Shown here piece after piece: positions 26,968-39,080 of a stretch of DNA of 64,000 nucleotides. The notes beneath the pieces were generated by a model, which was not told the origin of the DNA, made no database searches, and worked only from the letters and a program-made list of their open reading frames with translations. The position numbers and the translations under genes were made by a program. This stretch comes from Octopus vulgaris (Eukaryota): contig OX597814.1 in the NCBI GenBank assembly GCA_951406725.2, positions 28,334,001 to 28,398,000 on the forward strand, in the 5' to 3' direction. Position 1 is the first letter of the stretch, and each line of letters begins with the position of its first letter.

Positions 26968-27024
26968 CTGTCTATCTATTTCTCATTTCGAGTATTCAAC
27001 CACAATATGAGTCTTCAAAGACAG
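26968..27024 (-). ncRNA. Degenerate hammerhead-like motif
   Basis: ctgtc/gacag stem I, UUGAAGA and GAAA present. Stems II and III are weak. Confidence 0.3.
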
Positions 27025-27437
27025 TTGCTCCTATAAATCATAAAATTAATTTAGGATTTATGGAAGGACAAAGTTGGGAACAAAAACAGGACAGTGGAGA
27101 CATACAAGGAGTCCGAACGAAAACATACATGGAGGGTCGTTAGACCAGAATGAGAAGAAAATAATGAACGCTAGGAGAAATATTTTCTTTGAAAAGAGAA
27201 AAGATAGAAGAGAGGGAGAACAAAAGCGTCCACTCTTTCGGACGTCCTTGCAGGAAAAAGATGGTCACGTGAGGAAAAGAAATATGGATGATGATCACGT
27301 GTGAGCAATGAGAGAGAGAAAAAGAGAAAGAGGTGGAGAGAGAGAGACAGAAAACAGTGAAAGAGTGAGGGGAGAAAAAGGGAATTAGAGAAGGATGGAG
27401 GAAGAAAACAGTAAAGGTAATATATACATACATATAC

Positions 27438-27471
<34 letters not shown>

Positions 27472-27496
27472 TTGTGCATCTTGATGTTGACATAAG

Positions 27497-27595
27497 TTCC
27501 TTGCTTTTCCTGATGAGAAAGCGGTATAATATACTCCTTATTCCTTCGCAATTAGGAATATGCAGCCTTCGAAACATATGTCGAAAATAAAGGAA
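27497..27595 (+). ncRNA. Type I hammerhead ribozyme, canonical core
   Basis: CUGAUGA 27510-16, stem II gaaagc/gccttc, GAAA 27571-74, palindromic stem III acatatgt, GUC site, stem I ttttc/gaaaa extended by ttcctt/aaggaa. Confidence 0.8.
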
Positions 27596-27622
27596 TTTTG
27601 TTAATTCGTCGTTCAACTCCAT

Positions 27623-27698
<76 letters not shown>

Positions 27699-27876
27699 TG
27701 TGTGTATGTATATCTTATACATGCCTATAACAAACTCTTTGCTATTTTCATATTTTAATTACTTGCTATCATATTGATATGATGAATATTTATTAGAAAT
27801 ATATCTTTTAGGACCCCAAAAAATCTTGAATTGTTCTGCTTGAACTTATTCTTTCTCACACATACACACACATTAA

Positions 27877-28684
27877 ATAATGAGGGTAGTAATTGATATT
27901 AATCAATTAAAATCAGTGGCTTAGCACATTTAAAAAATCCAAAGATTAAATATTATATTACATACAAAATTAAGAGGAATGACCACCAAAGTGGATTCCT
28001 AATATGCTTAATATAGACGTCAAATCGCCATTACCACGAAGAGTGTGTTCTCAAGAAAAATTTCAGCAAAACACCAGAAGTAAAAATGAGCAAGACAAAT
28101 GAAAATATACGAAATAAGAAACGATTATCTACGTACCATGATTTCGCTTGTCAATATTTACGAATGTAAATATCTGCAAGATCATCAGCATAGTCTGTCG
28201 TTTACAAAACACAATTTCCAGAACTAGACACAGAACGCTCACCCGAAAGAGACCATGTATAAAGTTATGCATGTTATTTTTGGGGGTATTTTTCAAATGT
28301 CTTCATTTTGGTGCGTTGAGGCCGGAAATAACTCTGCAGTTAATAAATTTCAGCAGCTAATTTACCGCTTAGAGAACATTAATATTCAAAAACTAAATAA
28401 TAAGGGTAGAAATTGATATTAATCAATTAAAACCAGTGGCTTAGCATATTTAAAAAATCCGAAGATTAAAAATTATATTACATATAAAATTAAGTGGAAT
28501 GACCACCAAAGTGGACTCCCAATATGCTAAATATAGACTTCGAATCGCCAGTCTTCCTCATTTTTACATTATGGTGTTTTACTGAAATTTTTCTCGAGAA
28601 CACACTCTTCGTAGTAATGGCGATTTGACGTCTATATTTTGCAAATCAGGAGACCACCTTGGTGGTCATTCCTCTTAATTTTGT
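27877..28684 (-). mobile_element. Hammerhead-carrying element with PLE-like direct + inverted repeats
   Basis: Direct repeat 27877 / 28397 (period ~520 bp). 28551-28684 is the inverted copy of ~27964-28096. Confidence 0.78.
28129..28193 (-). ncRNA. Type I hammerhead ribozyme
   Basis: Minus strand reads ctatg CUGAUGA tcttg..atatttac/gtaaatat..caagc GAAA tcatg GUA cgtag. Confidence 0.78.
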
Positions 28685-28716
28685 GTGTGTGTGTATATAT
28701 ATATATAGAATAAAAC

Positions 28717-28940
28717 TTTAGAATAAAACTGGATCTCTTCCTGTCAGGTGTCCCAGATGAACCAACTTTACGGCAGAAGGTGCAGATGAGGGCAGCTGCA
28801 TCGAACTCTCTCATGCACCAAATAGCAGTTGCTAAAAAGTATTTGTGAAGTAAAATAATGTAGCAACACAAAATGGCGGTACCCCAGCATGGCCACAGCT
28901 CGTGAGCTGAAACTAGATAAAATTAAAAAAAAAAAAAAAA
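28717..28940 (+). mobile_element. LINE 3' end (ORF2 C-terminus + 3' UTR + A tail)
   Basis: FRIKLDLFLSGVPDEPTLRQKVQMRAAASNSLMHQ..* with stop at 28846-48. UTR ggcggtaccccagcatggccacagc..gctgaaac. Confidence 0.78.
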
Positions 28941-28941
28941 A

Positions 28942-29302
28942 TGTGGCTGTGTGGTAAGTAGCTTGCTAACCAACCACACGGTTGCGGGTTCAGTCCCACT
29001 GCGTGGCATCTTGGGCAAGTGTCTTCTGCTATAGCCCCGGGCCGACCAATGCCTTGTGAGTGGATTTGGTAGACGGAAACTGAAAGAAGCCTGTCGTATA
29101 TATGTATATATATGTATATGTGTGTGTGTTTGTGTGTCTGTGTTTGTCCCCCTAGCATTGCTTGACAACCGATGCTGGTGTGTTTAGGTCCCCGTGACTT
29201 AGCGGTTCGGCAAAAAGAGACCGATAGAATAAGTACTAAAAGGTGGTGCTCCAGCATGGCCGCAATCAAATGACTGAAACAAGTAAAAGAGAGTGAAAGA
29301 GT
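28942..29302 (+). mobile_element. Family B SINE (internal deletion)
   Basis: Head and tail match. Confidence 0.9.
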
Positions 29303-29333
29303 ATATATATATATATATATATATATTATTTAT

Positions 29334-29615
29334 TCGCCCTTTTCAAGCCTAGCCAAGCTCATGGGACCAGTTTCCCGGTTTCTGTGGCGTATGTGTTCCC
29401 CACCAGTTGAACGGGACGCCAGTCCATCGCAGCGTTACTCAAGAAGCAGGAAGAAATAGTGAGAGAAAGTTGGGGCGAAAGAGTACAACAGGGGTCGCCA
29501 CCACCACCTGCTGGAGCCTCGTGGAGCTTTAGGTGTTTTCGCTCAATAAACACACACAACGCCCAGTCTGGGAATCGAAACCGCGATCCTCTGACCACTT
29601 GGTCATTGCGCCTCC
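29334..29615 (-). mobile_element. SINE, head A + tail 2
   Basis: Reverse-complement head A and tail gcgatggactggcgtcccg...catgag..ggctaggcttgaaaagggcg. Confidence 0.88.
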
Positions 29616-29646
<31 letters not shown>

Positions 29647-29666
29647 TATATTATATTATATGTATG

Positions 29667-30450
29667 TTAATAATAAAAGGGTAAAATTTATCAATTAAAT
29701 TAATTAATTAATCAATCAATTAATTAATAACTTTACCAAGTAGATTGGTAGGTTAAAATAACCTTTATAGGTAAAATTATACAAATATTTTATAATTATA
29801 AACATAATTATAATTATAGTTCAGCTAATTGCTTCACCACATAACGAATTTAGAAATAGAAGTTTAAAATTCCTTTTCTACTACTGTAAGAATCTCTATG
29901 ACAGTAACACACTTTTTTTACGTAGGCAAATTGAAAAACAACGAATAAACACGACCAGGATTAACTACATACACGTTTCGAGATTAAAGTGCTTAAAAAT
30001 TTACTTACTTCACTCTTCAGTGTAGCATTTCCAATTATAAAAGTTGAAAGCACTAGGGTTAAATATGCACACGATCGAGCGACATCATGTAACAGATATC
30101 CAACAAACACTCCCAAAATTTACACAGCCGAATGTGAATGCACTATTCATCCCCTATACCCAAGTGTATGCTACGAGCAGTACCGCAGAAAACTGCAGTA
30201 TTCTATCATGGAGTAAATCATAATTTTACATTAATAATAAAAGGGTGAAATTTATCAATTAAATTAATTAATTAATCAATCAATTAATTAAAAAAATTAA
30301 TTAATTAAAAAAGTTAATTAATTAAAAAATGTGTGTTACTGTCATGGAGATTCTTACAGTAGTAGAAAAGGAATTTTTAACTCCTATTTCTAAATTCGGT
30401 ATGTGGTGAAGCAATTAGCCGAACCATAATTATAATTGCTTATAGTTATA
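29667..30450 (-). mobile_element. Hammerhead-carrying element with PLE-like direct + inverted repeats
   Basis: Direct repeat 29667 / 30231 (period ~564 bp). ~30331-30450 is the inverted copy of ~29792-29911. Confidence 0.75.
29964..30026 (-). ncRNA. Type I hammerhead ribozyme
   Basis: Minus strand reads gctaca CUGAAGA g...c GAAA cgt GUA tgtagt. Stem II is imperfect. Confidence 0.7.
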
Positions 30451-31299
30451 CAATATATGTATATATATATATATGTGTGTGTGTATGTATGTATATATAT
30501 ATATATGCATTTGTATGTATGTCCTAATCTCAAAACTGCTTTATAAGCTGCTGTTCTATGTTATTGATAGGAGAAGGAATCCAGGAACGTCTTTCCTAAG
30601 GAAGAGTCAACGAACAGTGGAACAGTCCGCGAGGAAACCCTTCTTTCCGGACTTTATTCGTGTAGGAAGAATGTATTCACATTCTTATTTAAACCACAGA
30701 AAGGTTTTGTAATATTTAAATTTATTTCAGTTCTGTTTTATGTTATGTTGCGTGTAATAAATATATGAATATATAAATATATGAATGTATAAATACATAC
30801 ATACATACATACATACATACATACATACATACATACATACATACATACATACATAATGTGTGTACATGTGGTTCTGAACACACAAAAATATCTTCTGCTA
30901 TGTATAACTACTAACACATTACTTAGTGGACATGTGTTGTTGTTGTTGTTGTTGTTGTTAAACAACAAGACGGGTAAGTGTGAGGTGATGGTCTAGGGCT
31001 TAGGGGCGGGAGACCCCAGACATTGGAAAAAAAACTTTGGTCGTCTTGTTGTAGTCGAGGGCACTTCGTTGACGCCTGACACCACTGGGAGGAGGTGGCC
31101 CTCGAAGTCGCTGGAAATGGAGATCTCCAGGTTCAAATTCTTGAACGGCTAGTGGATATGTGTGTGTATGTAGGTGCATATGGTATGTATCTGATTAAGT
31201 AAGTCTTGATAAATTCTTTCATTAATTTATATGGTTCAGTCATTCTAGGGCAGCTATGCTGGAGTAGTATCTTGAAGAATTTCATCGAGGTATTATATG

Positions 31300-31453
31300 A
31301 GCGGGTGTGTGGTAAGAAGCTTGCTTCCCACCCACATGGTTCTGGGTTCAGTCCCACTGCGTGGAACCTTGGGCAAGTGTTTTCTACTATAGCCTCGAGC
31401 CGACCAAAGCCTTGTGAGCGGATTTGGTAGATAGAAACTGAAAGAAGCTCGTC

Positions 31454-31499
<46 letters not shown>

Positions 31500-31702
31500 G
31501 TGTGTGTGTGTGTGTTTTTGCCCCACCATTGCTTGACAACCGATGTTCGTGTGTTTACGTCCCCGTAACTTAGCAGTTCGGCATAACTCACCGACAGAAT
31601 AAGTACTAGGTTTACAAAGAATAAGTCCCGGGGTCGATTTGTTCGACTAAAGGTGGTGCTCCAGCATGGCCGCAGTCAAATTACTGAAACAAGTATAAGA
31701 GG
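31300..31702 (+). mobile_element. Family B SINE
   Basis: Head and tail match. Confidence 0.9.
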
Positions 31703-32269
31703 ATTTTAGGTTATTAACTGCCTAGTTAGAGAGTGCAGGTTAGCACCCACGAATTAATTTTTTTTAAGAGGCGTTGAGACTGTTTGTAGGAAGAGAGGTA
31801 GTTATTAAAATGGAGACTTGACCCGAAAGCTTGCAACAATGTAGACTCCATCAAAAGAACCCAAGAACTACTTAGAGATATTAATCTAGGTGACTGGTTA
31901 AATCTACCACCAACATATATGTGTACGTCTTTTACTATCTTCGCTTGTCACTTTTCACATGTATATTTATATATGAACACTAATATATGAGAGTATATGT
32001 GTCTACATGTTTCTGCTGTGCGCATGTATGTATACGCCTATACACGCACACATGTATTAAAGCACATGCATAACATTGGCATGGCTGAGCGATTAAACAG
32101 TTCACTTCGTTGTGATCAACTCCTTGGTTTCGATCCCTCTTCATAGAATCTCGGGACGGCAAGGGGCACAGTAGTGGCACCCACTTTTGCAACTGGGATT
32201 CTTTGATCAAAATATCTATATCAGAGCCAGTATTTCCAATCACGTTTAAAAGAAATTTGAAAACGATTT

Positions 32270-33190
32270 CTGAATGAATTTCCTATGTTGGAACAGAAAT
32301 AAGGCAAACCACACAGAATTCCACATATCACTTAATAACATTCATGAATCGATCCGATTTATAATAAAACTAATTGAAAAGGAACTTTCTCTTCTGGATA
32401 CTTTTATAATTAAGGGAAATGAGATTATTACAGCTGATTTCTACTGCAAAAACACGGACACGTACTAATACTTAGACTTTAGATCTTGCTATTTATCCAG
32501 TACTAAAACAATGTCGCTTTTAATATGGCCAGATACGTAAGAATTAAAGAGTCAAGTACACGAGAGATACAATTGGCAGAACTAGAAATATTTCTCTAAA
32601 GATTAAAGTACGCGAAAACTTAATAAATAATACCATAGCCAAAGCAAAATAAACTGCAATCTCTAATTCACAGAGATACTCTCATTGTACGTTCGGCCAA
32701 ATGATGCTTTCCAATTCCAAGTCATCAAATCAAAGAGAAATCCTTAAATAATTACAAAATATTTACAGTCCAAGGGAACCACCTATTATTAAAAGACTCA
32801 TAACAATGGCAAAATTTGAGTCGGAAAAGGAATGCAGTGAGCAACAAAATATGAAAACCCTTTTTAAGGTACGTAGAATTTAATTGAATTGGTTAAAATC
32901 AAAGAGTTCAAGACAGGAAACGAATTTAAGGTTAATGCAGAAACGCCAGTCGCAAAACAAAAAAATCATATTTACTGTCTACAATGCAAGGAAAACAATA
33001 TCGATTAAACGGAAACGAAATTAAGAGAGCGAGTTAGAATATGTTCCATATAGTGAAGATCTAGACACTTGTACAAATGAAAGATTCAAAATATTTCCCT
33101 TTTTCAAAATAAAAGATTATCAATTACAAAAATTATATGAAAAATACGTTATAACGATTTTCAACCCGAAACTAAACCAGAATAAGTGAC
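32270..33190 (+). pseudogene. Penelope-like element remnant (RT C-terminal part + GIY-YIG)
   Basis: LNNIHESIRF..LSLLDTFI..TADFYCKNTDTY*YLDFRSC, then NHIYCLQC..TETKLRERVR and ..FNPKLN. Confidence 0.8.
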
Positions 33191-33332
33191 AACCTCTATG
33201 AAAACGGAATCACTACTGTACGAATTACCTTATACCACGTGTATTTGAATTACTGGAGACATTTGAAATGATGAAGACAGCAAAACAGTTACGCAGAAAC
33301 ATCAGTTCTGCGTTAATCTGTTTTTTTAAAGA

Positions 33333-33715
33333 AAGGCTGCGAGCTGGCAGAAACGTTAGCGCGCCGGGCGAAATACTTAGCTACGTTCTGAGTTTAAATT
33401 CCGCCGAGGTCGACTTTGCCTTTCATCCTTTCGGGGTCGATTAAATAAGTACCAGTTACGCACTGGGGTCGATATAATCGACTTAATCCGTTTGTCTGTC
33501 CTTGTTTGTCCTCTCTGTGTGTAGCCCCTTGTGGGCAGTAAAGAAACATGTATTTCGTCTATCTTTATGTTCTGAGTTCAAATTCCGCCGAGGTCGACTT
33601 TGCCATTCATCCTTTCAGGGTCGATAAAATAAGTACCAGTTGCATACTGGGGTCAATCCAATCGACTGGTCCCCTCCCCCAAAATTTCAGGCCTTGTGCC
33701 TAAATCAGAAAAGAA
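33333..33715 (+). mobile_element. Family C SINE, composite
   Basis: Two Nin motifs followed by two alternative 3' tails. Confidence 0.88.
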
Positions 33716-34026
33716 TTTGTTTTTAAAGATAGTATTATATAACTAATAATTCTTAATTTAAAGCAAATGTTTGTTAGCATTTATATATATCTGTGTGTGT
33801 TTATAGCTATACAAATGGGGGAAATAAAAGCGAATGTTTGAAGATTTCTACTTACTTTCATCCGCGCTAGAATTATTATCGTTGTAGAGTAAATGTATTG
33901 GAATTATTTTTGAAACTGAAAGATACTGTAGGAGTTACTTAGGAGCCTCAAGCTTAATGTATAATTCTTTACAAAATGAATAGCTACATTCGAGACTCTA
34001 TGCCTAAAAGCTAGTAATATAGTTAT

Positions 34027-34188
34027 AGGCGCAGGGTGGCTGTATTGTTAGTAGCTTGCTTACCAACAACATGACTCCGGGTTCAGTCCCGCTGCGTGGC
34101 ACCTTGAGCAAGTGTCTCCTACTATAGCTTCGGGCCGACCAAAGCCTTTTGAGTGGATTTGGTAGACGGAAACCGAAAAAGCCCGTCG

Positions 34189-34252
<64 letters not shown>

Positions 34253-34452
34253 TTTGTCCCCCCCCCCCAACATCGCTTGACAACCGATGCTGGTGTGTTT
34301 ACGTCCCCGTAACTTAGCGGTTCGGCAAAACAGACCGATAGAATAATTACTAGGCTTACAAGGAATAAGTCCTGGGGTCGGTTTGCTTGACTAAAGGCGG
34401 TGCTCCAGCATAGCCTCAGTCAAATAATTGAAACAAGTAAAAGAGTAAAAGA

Positions 34453-34496
<44 letters not shown>

Positions 34497-34917
34497 CACA
34501 GGAGTGGCTGTGTGTTAAGTAGCTTGTTTACCAACCACATGGTTCCGGTTTCAGTCCCACTGCGTGGCACCTTGGGCAAGTGTCTTCTACTATAGCCTCG
34601 GGCCGACCAAAGCCTTGTGAGTGGATTTGGTAGACGGAGACTGAAAGAAGCCCGTCGTATATATGTATATATGTATATATGTATATGCGTGTGTGTGTTT
34701 GTGTGAGTGTGTTTGTCCCCCTAGCATTGCTTGACAACCGATGCTGGTGTGTTTATGTCCCCGTTACTTAGCGGTTCGGCAAAAGAGACCGATAGAATAA
34801 GTATTGGGCTTACAAAAAGAATAAGTCCCGGGGTCGAGTTGCTCGATTAAAGGCGGTGCTCCAGCATGGCCGCAGTCAAATGACTGAAACAAGTAAAAGA
34901 GTAAAAAGAGTAAAAGA

Positions 34918-34920
<3 letters not shown>
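34027..34920 (+). mobile_element. Two adjacent family B SINEs (34027-34453 and 34494-34920)
   Basis: Two full head-to-tail copies separated by (TA)n. Confidence 0.92.
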
Positions 34921-35013
<93 letters not shown>

Positions 35014-35682
35014 GTGTAACTGATTGTGTGTGTGTGTGTGTGTGTTCATATCCATAGAAAAATCTATCACCGATTGTCGAGACAAAGATAAAAGTGTTCT
35101 AAATGAAATGAAGTCTAGAGTTTCCCGCCAGTCTGTCGCTCCAGCATTATATCGTTGTCAATACGCTATTTAGGTGAAAACGAAGTAATTACTAACGCAG
35201 TCTTCGGCTTCATAGTAAAAGTTATCATTCTCGACATGCTAACGACGACTATTTTTCATTTTCGAACCATTCTTCTCTGAGAACGTTAATAATAGTCAGC
35301 TAACTGTGAATCTTTGAAGATTTCTTCTTACTTTCATCCGCACTAGATGTAATATGGATTTTAATTAAATTGTTTTGTGAGATGAAACAGAGGCATTGTG
35401 ATGTGTAAAGAAAAAGAAGAGTTATTTTAACATCGTACCAATATGAATTTTAGCAAAACAAACATTTCTTATGTTTGTTTATTGTTCTCCATTTTGATGT
35501 TCCTCGTACGTGTGAGTACACTCTTTATATAACCAATAATCAAAAATAGGTGATTTTATATGCATGAAAAGAAATAAATGTTAAGTGAATAAAGAACTCT
35601 ATACATGAGTAAGAGTTTTAAAGTTAATAAATTTTGACAGTGACTTCGAAATCTCTGTGTATCTTGGAAATTACTGACAATG

Positions 35683-35724
<42 letters not shown>

Positions 35725-35726
35725 AG

Positions 35727-36016
<290 letters not shown>

Positions 36017-36606
36017 ATATATATATATATTGCGAAGATGATCCGGTTCCTGACTGATGATTGAGGGCTTCGAATGTCCCGTCCGTGTTTTTTGTGTCGT
36101 CTTCTAAATGTTTCACGTTCTTGTCCCAGTTTGTATATTTTTTTATTTTTTTACTTTTACATATATGTATATATATATATATCTGCTTGTCTGTCTGTCT
36201 GTCCGTCTCTCTCTCTCTCCCCCTCTCCGTCTCCTCTTTACTTACCACCCGCTTCCTGCCCTGCTTTCTAAATCATTCCTGGACCCTTTTCCCCCCACGC
36301 AACATTTACCACCCTCCATGCACGCACACACGCGCACACAAGCTAGTGCGCGTACACGAACACACACACACCCACACACATTAATACATCAAATCCTGAC
36401 AATGTTTCCTACTTGCATATATCGTTCCACTTTATCATCATCACCATGATGCATAACTCACATACACACCTAGGTACACACAGATGCGCAAAGATATAAG
36501 GAAGTACACGATACTATATAGGCAAACAGACACACATACACATATATACATGTGTCTATACAATCATATAATATATATATATGTGTGTGCGTTATAAATA
36601 ATAACG

Positions 36607-36926
36607 TCGCCCTTTTCAAGCCTAGCCAGGCTCATGGGCCCGGTTTCCCGGTTTCTGTGGCATATGTATTCCCCCCAGCTGGACGGGACGCCAGTCCATC
36701 GCAGCATTACTCACGAAAAAGGAAGAGAGAGTGAGAGAAAGTTGTAGCGAAACAGTACAACAGGGGTCGCCACTAACCCCTGCTGGAGCCTCGTGGAGCT
36801 TTTAGGTGCTTTCGCTCAATAAACACACACAACGCCCGGTCTGGGAATCGAAACCGCGATCCTCCGACCGCGAGTCCGCTGCCCTAACCATTGGGCCATT
36901 GCGCCATTGCGCATCCACTATAAATA
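36607..36926 (-). mobile_element. SINE, head A + tail 2
   Basis: Matches the 29334-29615 copy. Confidence 0.88.
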
Positions 36927-37091
36927 TATAATAGACGTGTTATGAATAAGCACAGTAATAAAAGAGTGAAGAGCGAATATATAGTGCGTGTGTTTATTTG
37001 GTAAAAAAAAGAAGGAAAATGACCGTCCCGAAATACAATATATGCTGCGGTCATGCTAGAGCACCATATATAGAGATGCAGCACGGAATTT

Positions 37092-37138
37092 TGTCAGTGA
37101 ACAGGTCGCGGTCTCAAAGCGACGAAAATATTTTGGCA
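37092..37138 (+). ncRNA. Hammerhead-like motif with G3:C8 core swap
   Basis: tgtca GUGAACA g gtcgc/gcgac GAAA, palindromic aatatt stem III, UUU site, tggca. Confidence 0.6.
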
Positions 37139-37391
37139 TAGATGTTGAAGTGAATCTAACGGTTTTTGTGTGTTTCTTAAATGGTTTATAAACACCTTCC
37201 ACGCTGCAACTGTTTTCATTCCAGCACACGATCTCAGATCAATTCACTTGCTATGCAAGTACATCTCCGTAATATATATATATATATATATATATATACG
37301 AAAAATATATAGGGTAGCGAGATTTTTAGAAATTTCACTACCAGTGACCTAGCATGTATAAAAAAAAAATTCAATAGACAACATATTCTCA

Positions 37392-37524
37392 ATATAAAAC
37401 AGTGTACATTTAAACACACGAGAAACTACCTTTAACAGGTATTTTGGTCGTTTTGATTGCTTCTTCTAGCGTGTGAAGCTGCCTGTTAAAGGTAGCTTCA
37501 CTTGTGTTTAAATGTACACTATTT

Positions 37525-37529
<5 letters not shown>
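37392..37529. repeat. ~48-bp inverted repeat with 42-nt spacer
   Basis: atataaaacagtgtacatttaaacaca..ctacctttaacagg and its reverse complement at 37482-37529. Confidence 0.88.
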
Positions 37530-37555
<26 letters not shown>

Positions 37556-37584
37556 TATATATATACATATATACATATATATAA

Positions 37585-37630
<46 letters not shown>

Positions 37631-37631
37631 A

Positions 37632-37782
37632 TAGGGAGAGTTTACGAAAAAAAAAAAAAAAGAGAAAGGCAGGTGGTGCACAAAACGAACAGATGTATTA
37701 GTATAACGCTCAGGAATAGAAAAAGTCTTTTACCTTTCGAGCCTACGCTCTTCTACAGAAAGGGACACAGAAAAAAACAAGG
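37632..37782 (-). mobile_element. Short PLE-end-like repeat, CUGUNGA motif (37726-37763)
   Basis: tttcgagcctacgctcttctacagaaag. Stem III is mutated. Confidence 0.7.
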
Positions 37783-37987
37783 ATATATATATATATATAT
37801 ATATATAATAGAAATATTAAAATAACTAAGTCTCTCAAGTAGTGTGGAGCGACTGACCTCCCTTGTTCGAAGGTTATATGGATACAGTTTGTGTATCAAA
37901 TAGCTAACTTAAGGCGATGGCCTCATGGAGCTAATAAGCGGACGGCTTTTTTCTTATTTTTATAAGAATGCCATATTAGTATGGCGA

Positions 37988-38064
<77 letters not shown>

Positions 38065-38066
<2 letters not shown>

Positions 38067-38228
38067 CGGGAAGCTTTATGAAAATAAACAAAAGATGAAG
38101 GCTGGTGGAATACAAACAAACAATTGTATTAGTATGGCGCTCAGGAATATAAATAAAACAAGTCTTTTACGTTTCGAGCCTACGCTCTTCAACAGAAAGA
38201 TACACAGAAAAGAAACATGGAAAGAAAC
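38065..38228 (-). mobile_element. Short PLE-end-like repeat
   Basis: Third copy of the family. Confidence 0.7.
38163..38200 (-). ncRNA. Minimal hammerhead-like motif (CUGUUGA variant)
   Basis: Minus strand reads tcttt CUGUUGA a gagc-gtag-gctc GAAA c GUA aaaga. Confidence 0.55.
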
Positions 38229-38241
38229 ATATATATATATA

Positions 38242-38436
38242 TAGGCATAGGAGTGGTGGGTGTGGTAAGAAGCTTGCTTACCAGCCACATGGTTCCAGGT
38301 TCAGTCCAACTGCGTGGCACCTTGGGCAAGTGTTTTCTTCTGTAGCCACGGGTCGACCAAAGCTTTGTGAGTGGATTTGGTAGATGGAAACTGAAAGAAT
38401 TCCTTCGTGTATATATATATATATATATATACATAC

Positions 38437-38469
<33 letters not shown>

Positions 38470-38650
38470 ACAACCGATGCTGGTGTGTTTACGTCCCCGT
38501 AATTTAGCGGTTCGGTAAAAGAGACCGATAGAATAAGTACTAGGCTTACAAAGAATAAGTTTTGGGGTCGGGTCGATTTGTTCGACTAAAGGCGGTGCTT
38601 CAGCATGGCCGCAGTCAAATGACTGAAACAAGTAATAGAATAAAATAAAA
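38242..38650 (+). mobile_element. Family B SINE
   Basis: Head and tail match. Confidence 0.9.
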
Positions 38651-38842
38651 AATAAATATATATATATAAAACACTGGCGGAGCTCCAGCTTGACCGCAGC
38701 CTCAGGGCTGAAACATATAAAAGAATATATATATATATATATTCTTTTATCTTTTTTATTTATTTCAGCCATGCTGCTGCAGTCATGCTGGAGCACCATT
38801 TATGGTGATGGTAGTGGCGATAGTGGTGGTGATGGTGGTAGT

Positions 38843-39080
38843 AAGGCGGCGAGCTGGCAGAAACGTTAGCACGCTGGGCGAAATGCTTAGCGGTGTTTCG
38901 TCTGCCGTTACGTTCTGAGTTCAAATTCCGCCGAGGTCGACTTTGCCTTTCATCCTTTCGGGGTCGATTAAATTAAGTACCAGTTTCGCACTGGGGTCGA
39001 TGTAATCGACTTAATCCGTTTGTCTGTCCTTGTTTGTTCCCTCTGTGTTTAGCCCCTTGTGGGTAGTAAAGAAATAGGTA
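38843..39080 (+). mobile_element. Family C SINE, full length
   Basis: aaggcggcgagctggcagaa...gtaaagaaatagg. Confidence 0.92.

Noticed and set aside
33262-33312. atgatga...gaaacatcagtt downstream of the PLE remnant
   Set aside because: The position is suggestive, but C3 is missing and the stems do not pair.
36048-36082. CUGAUGA...GAA hammerhead candidate
   Set aside because: Lacks A15.1, and neither stem I nor stem II pairs.
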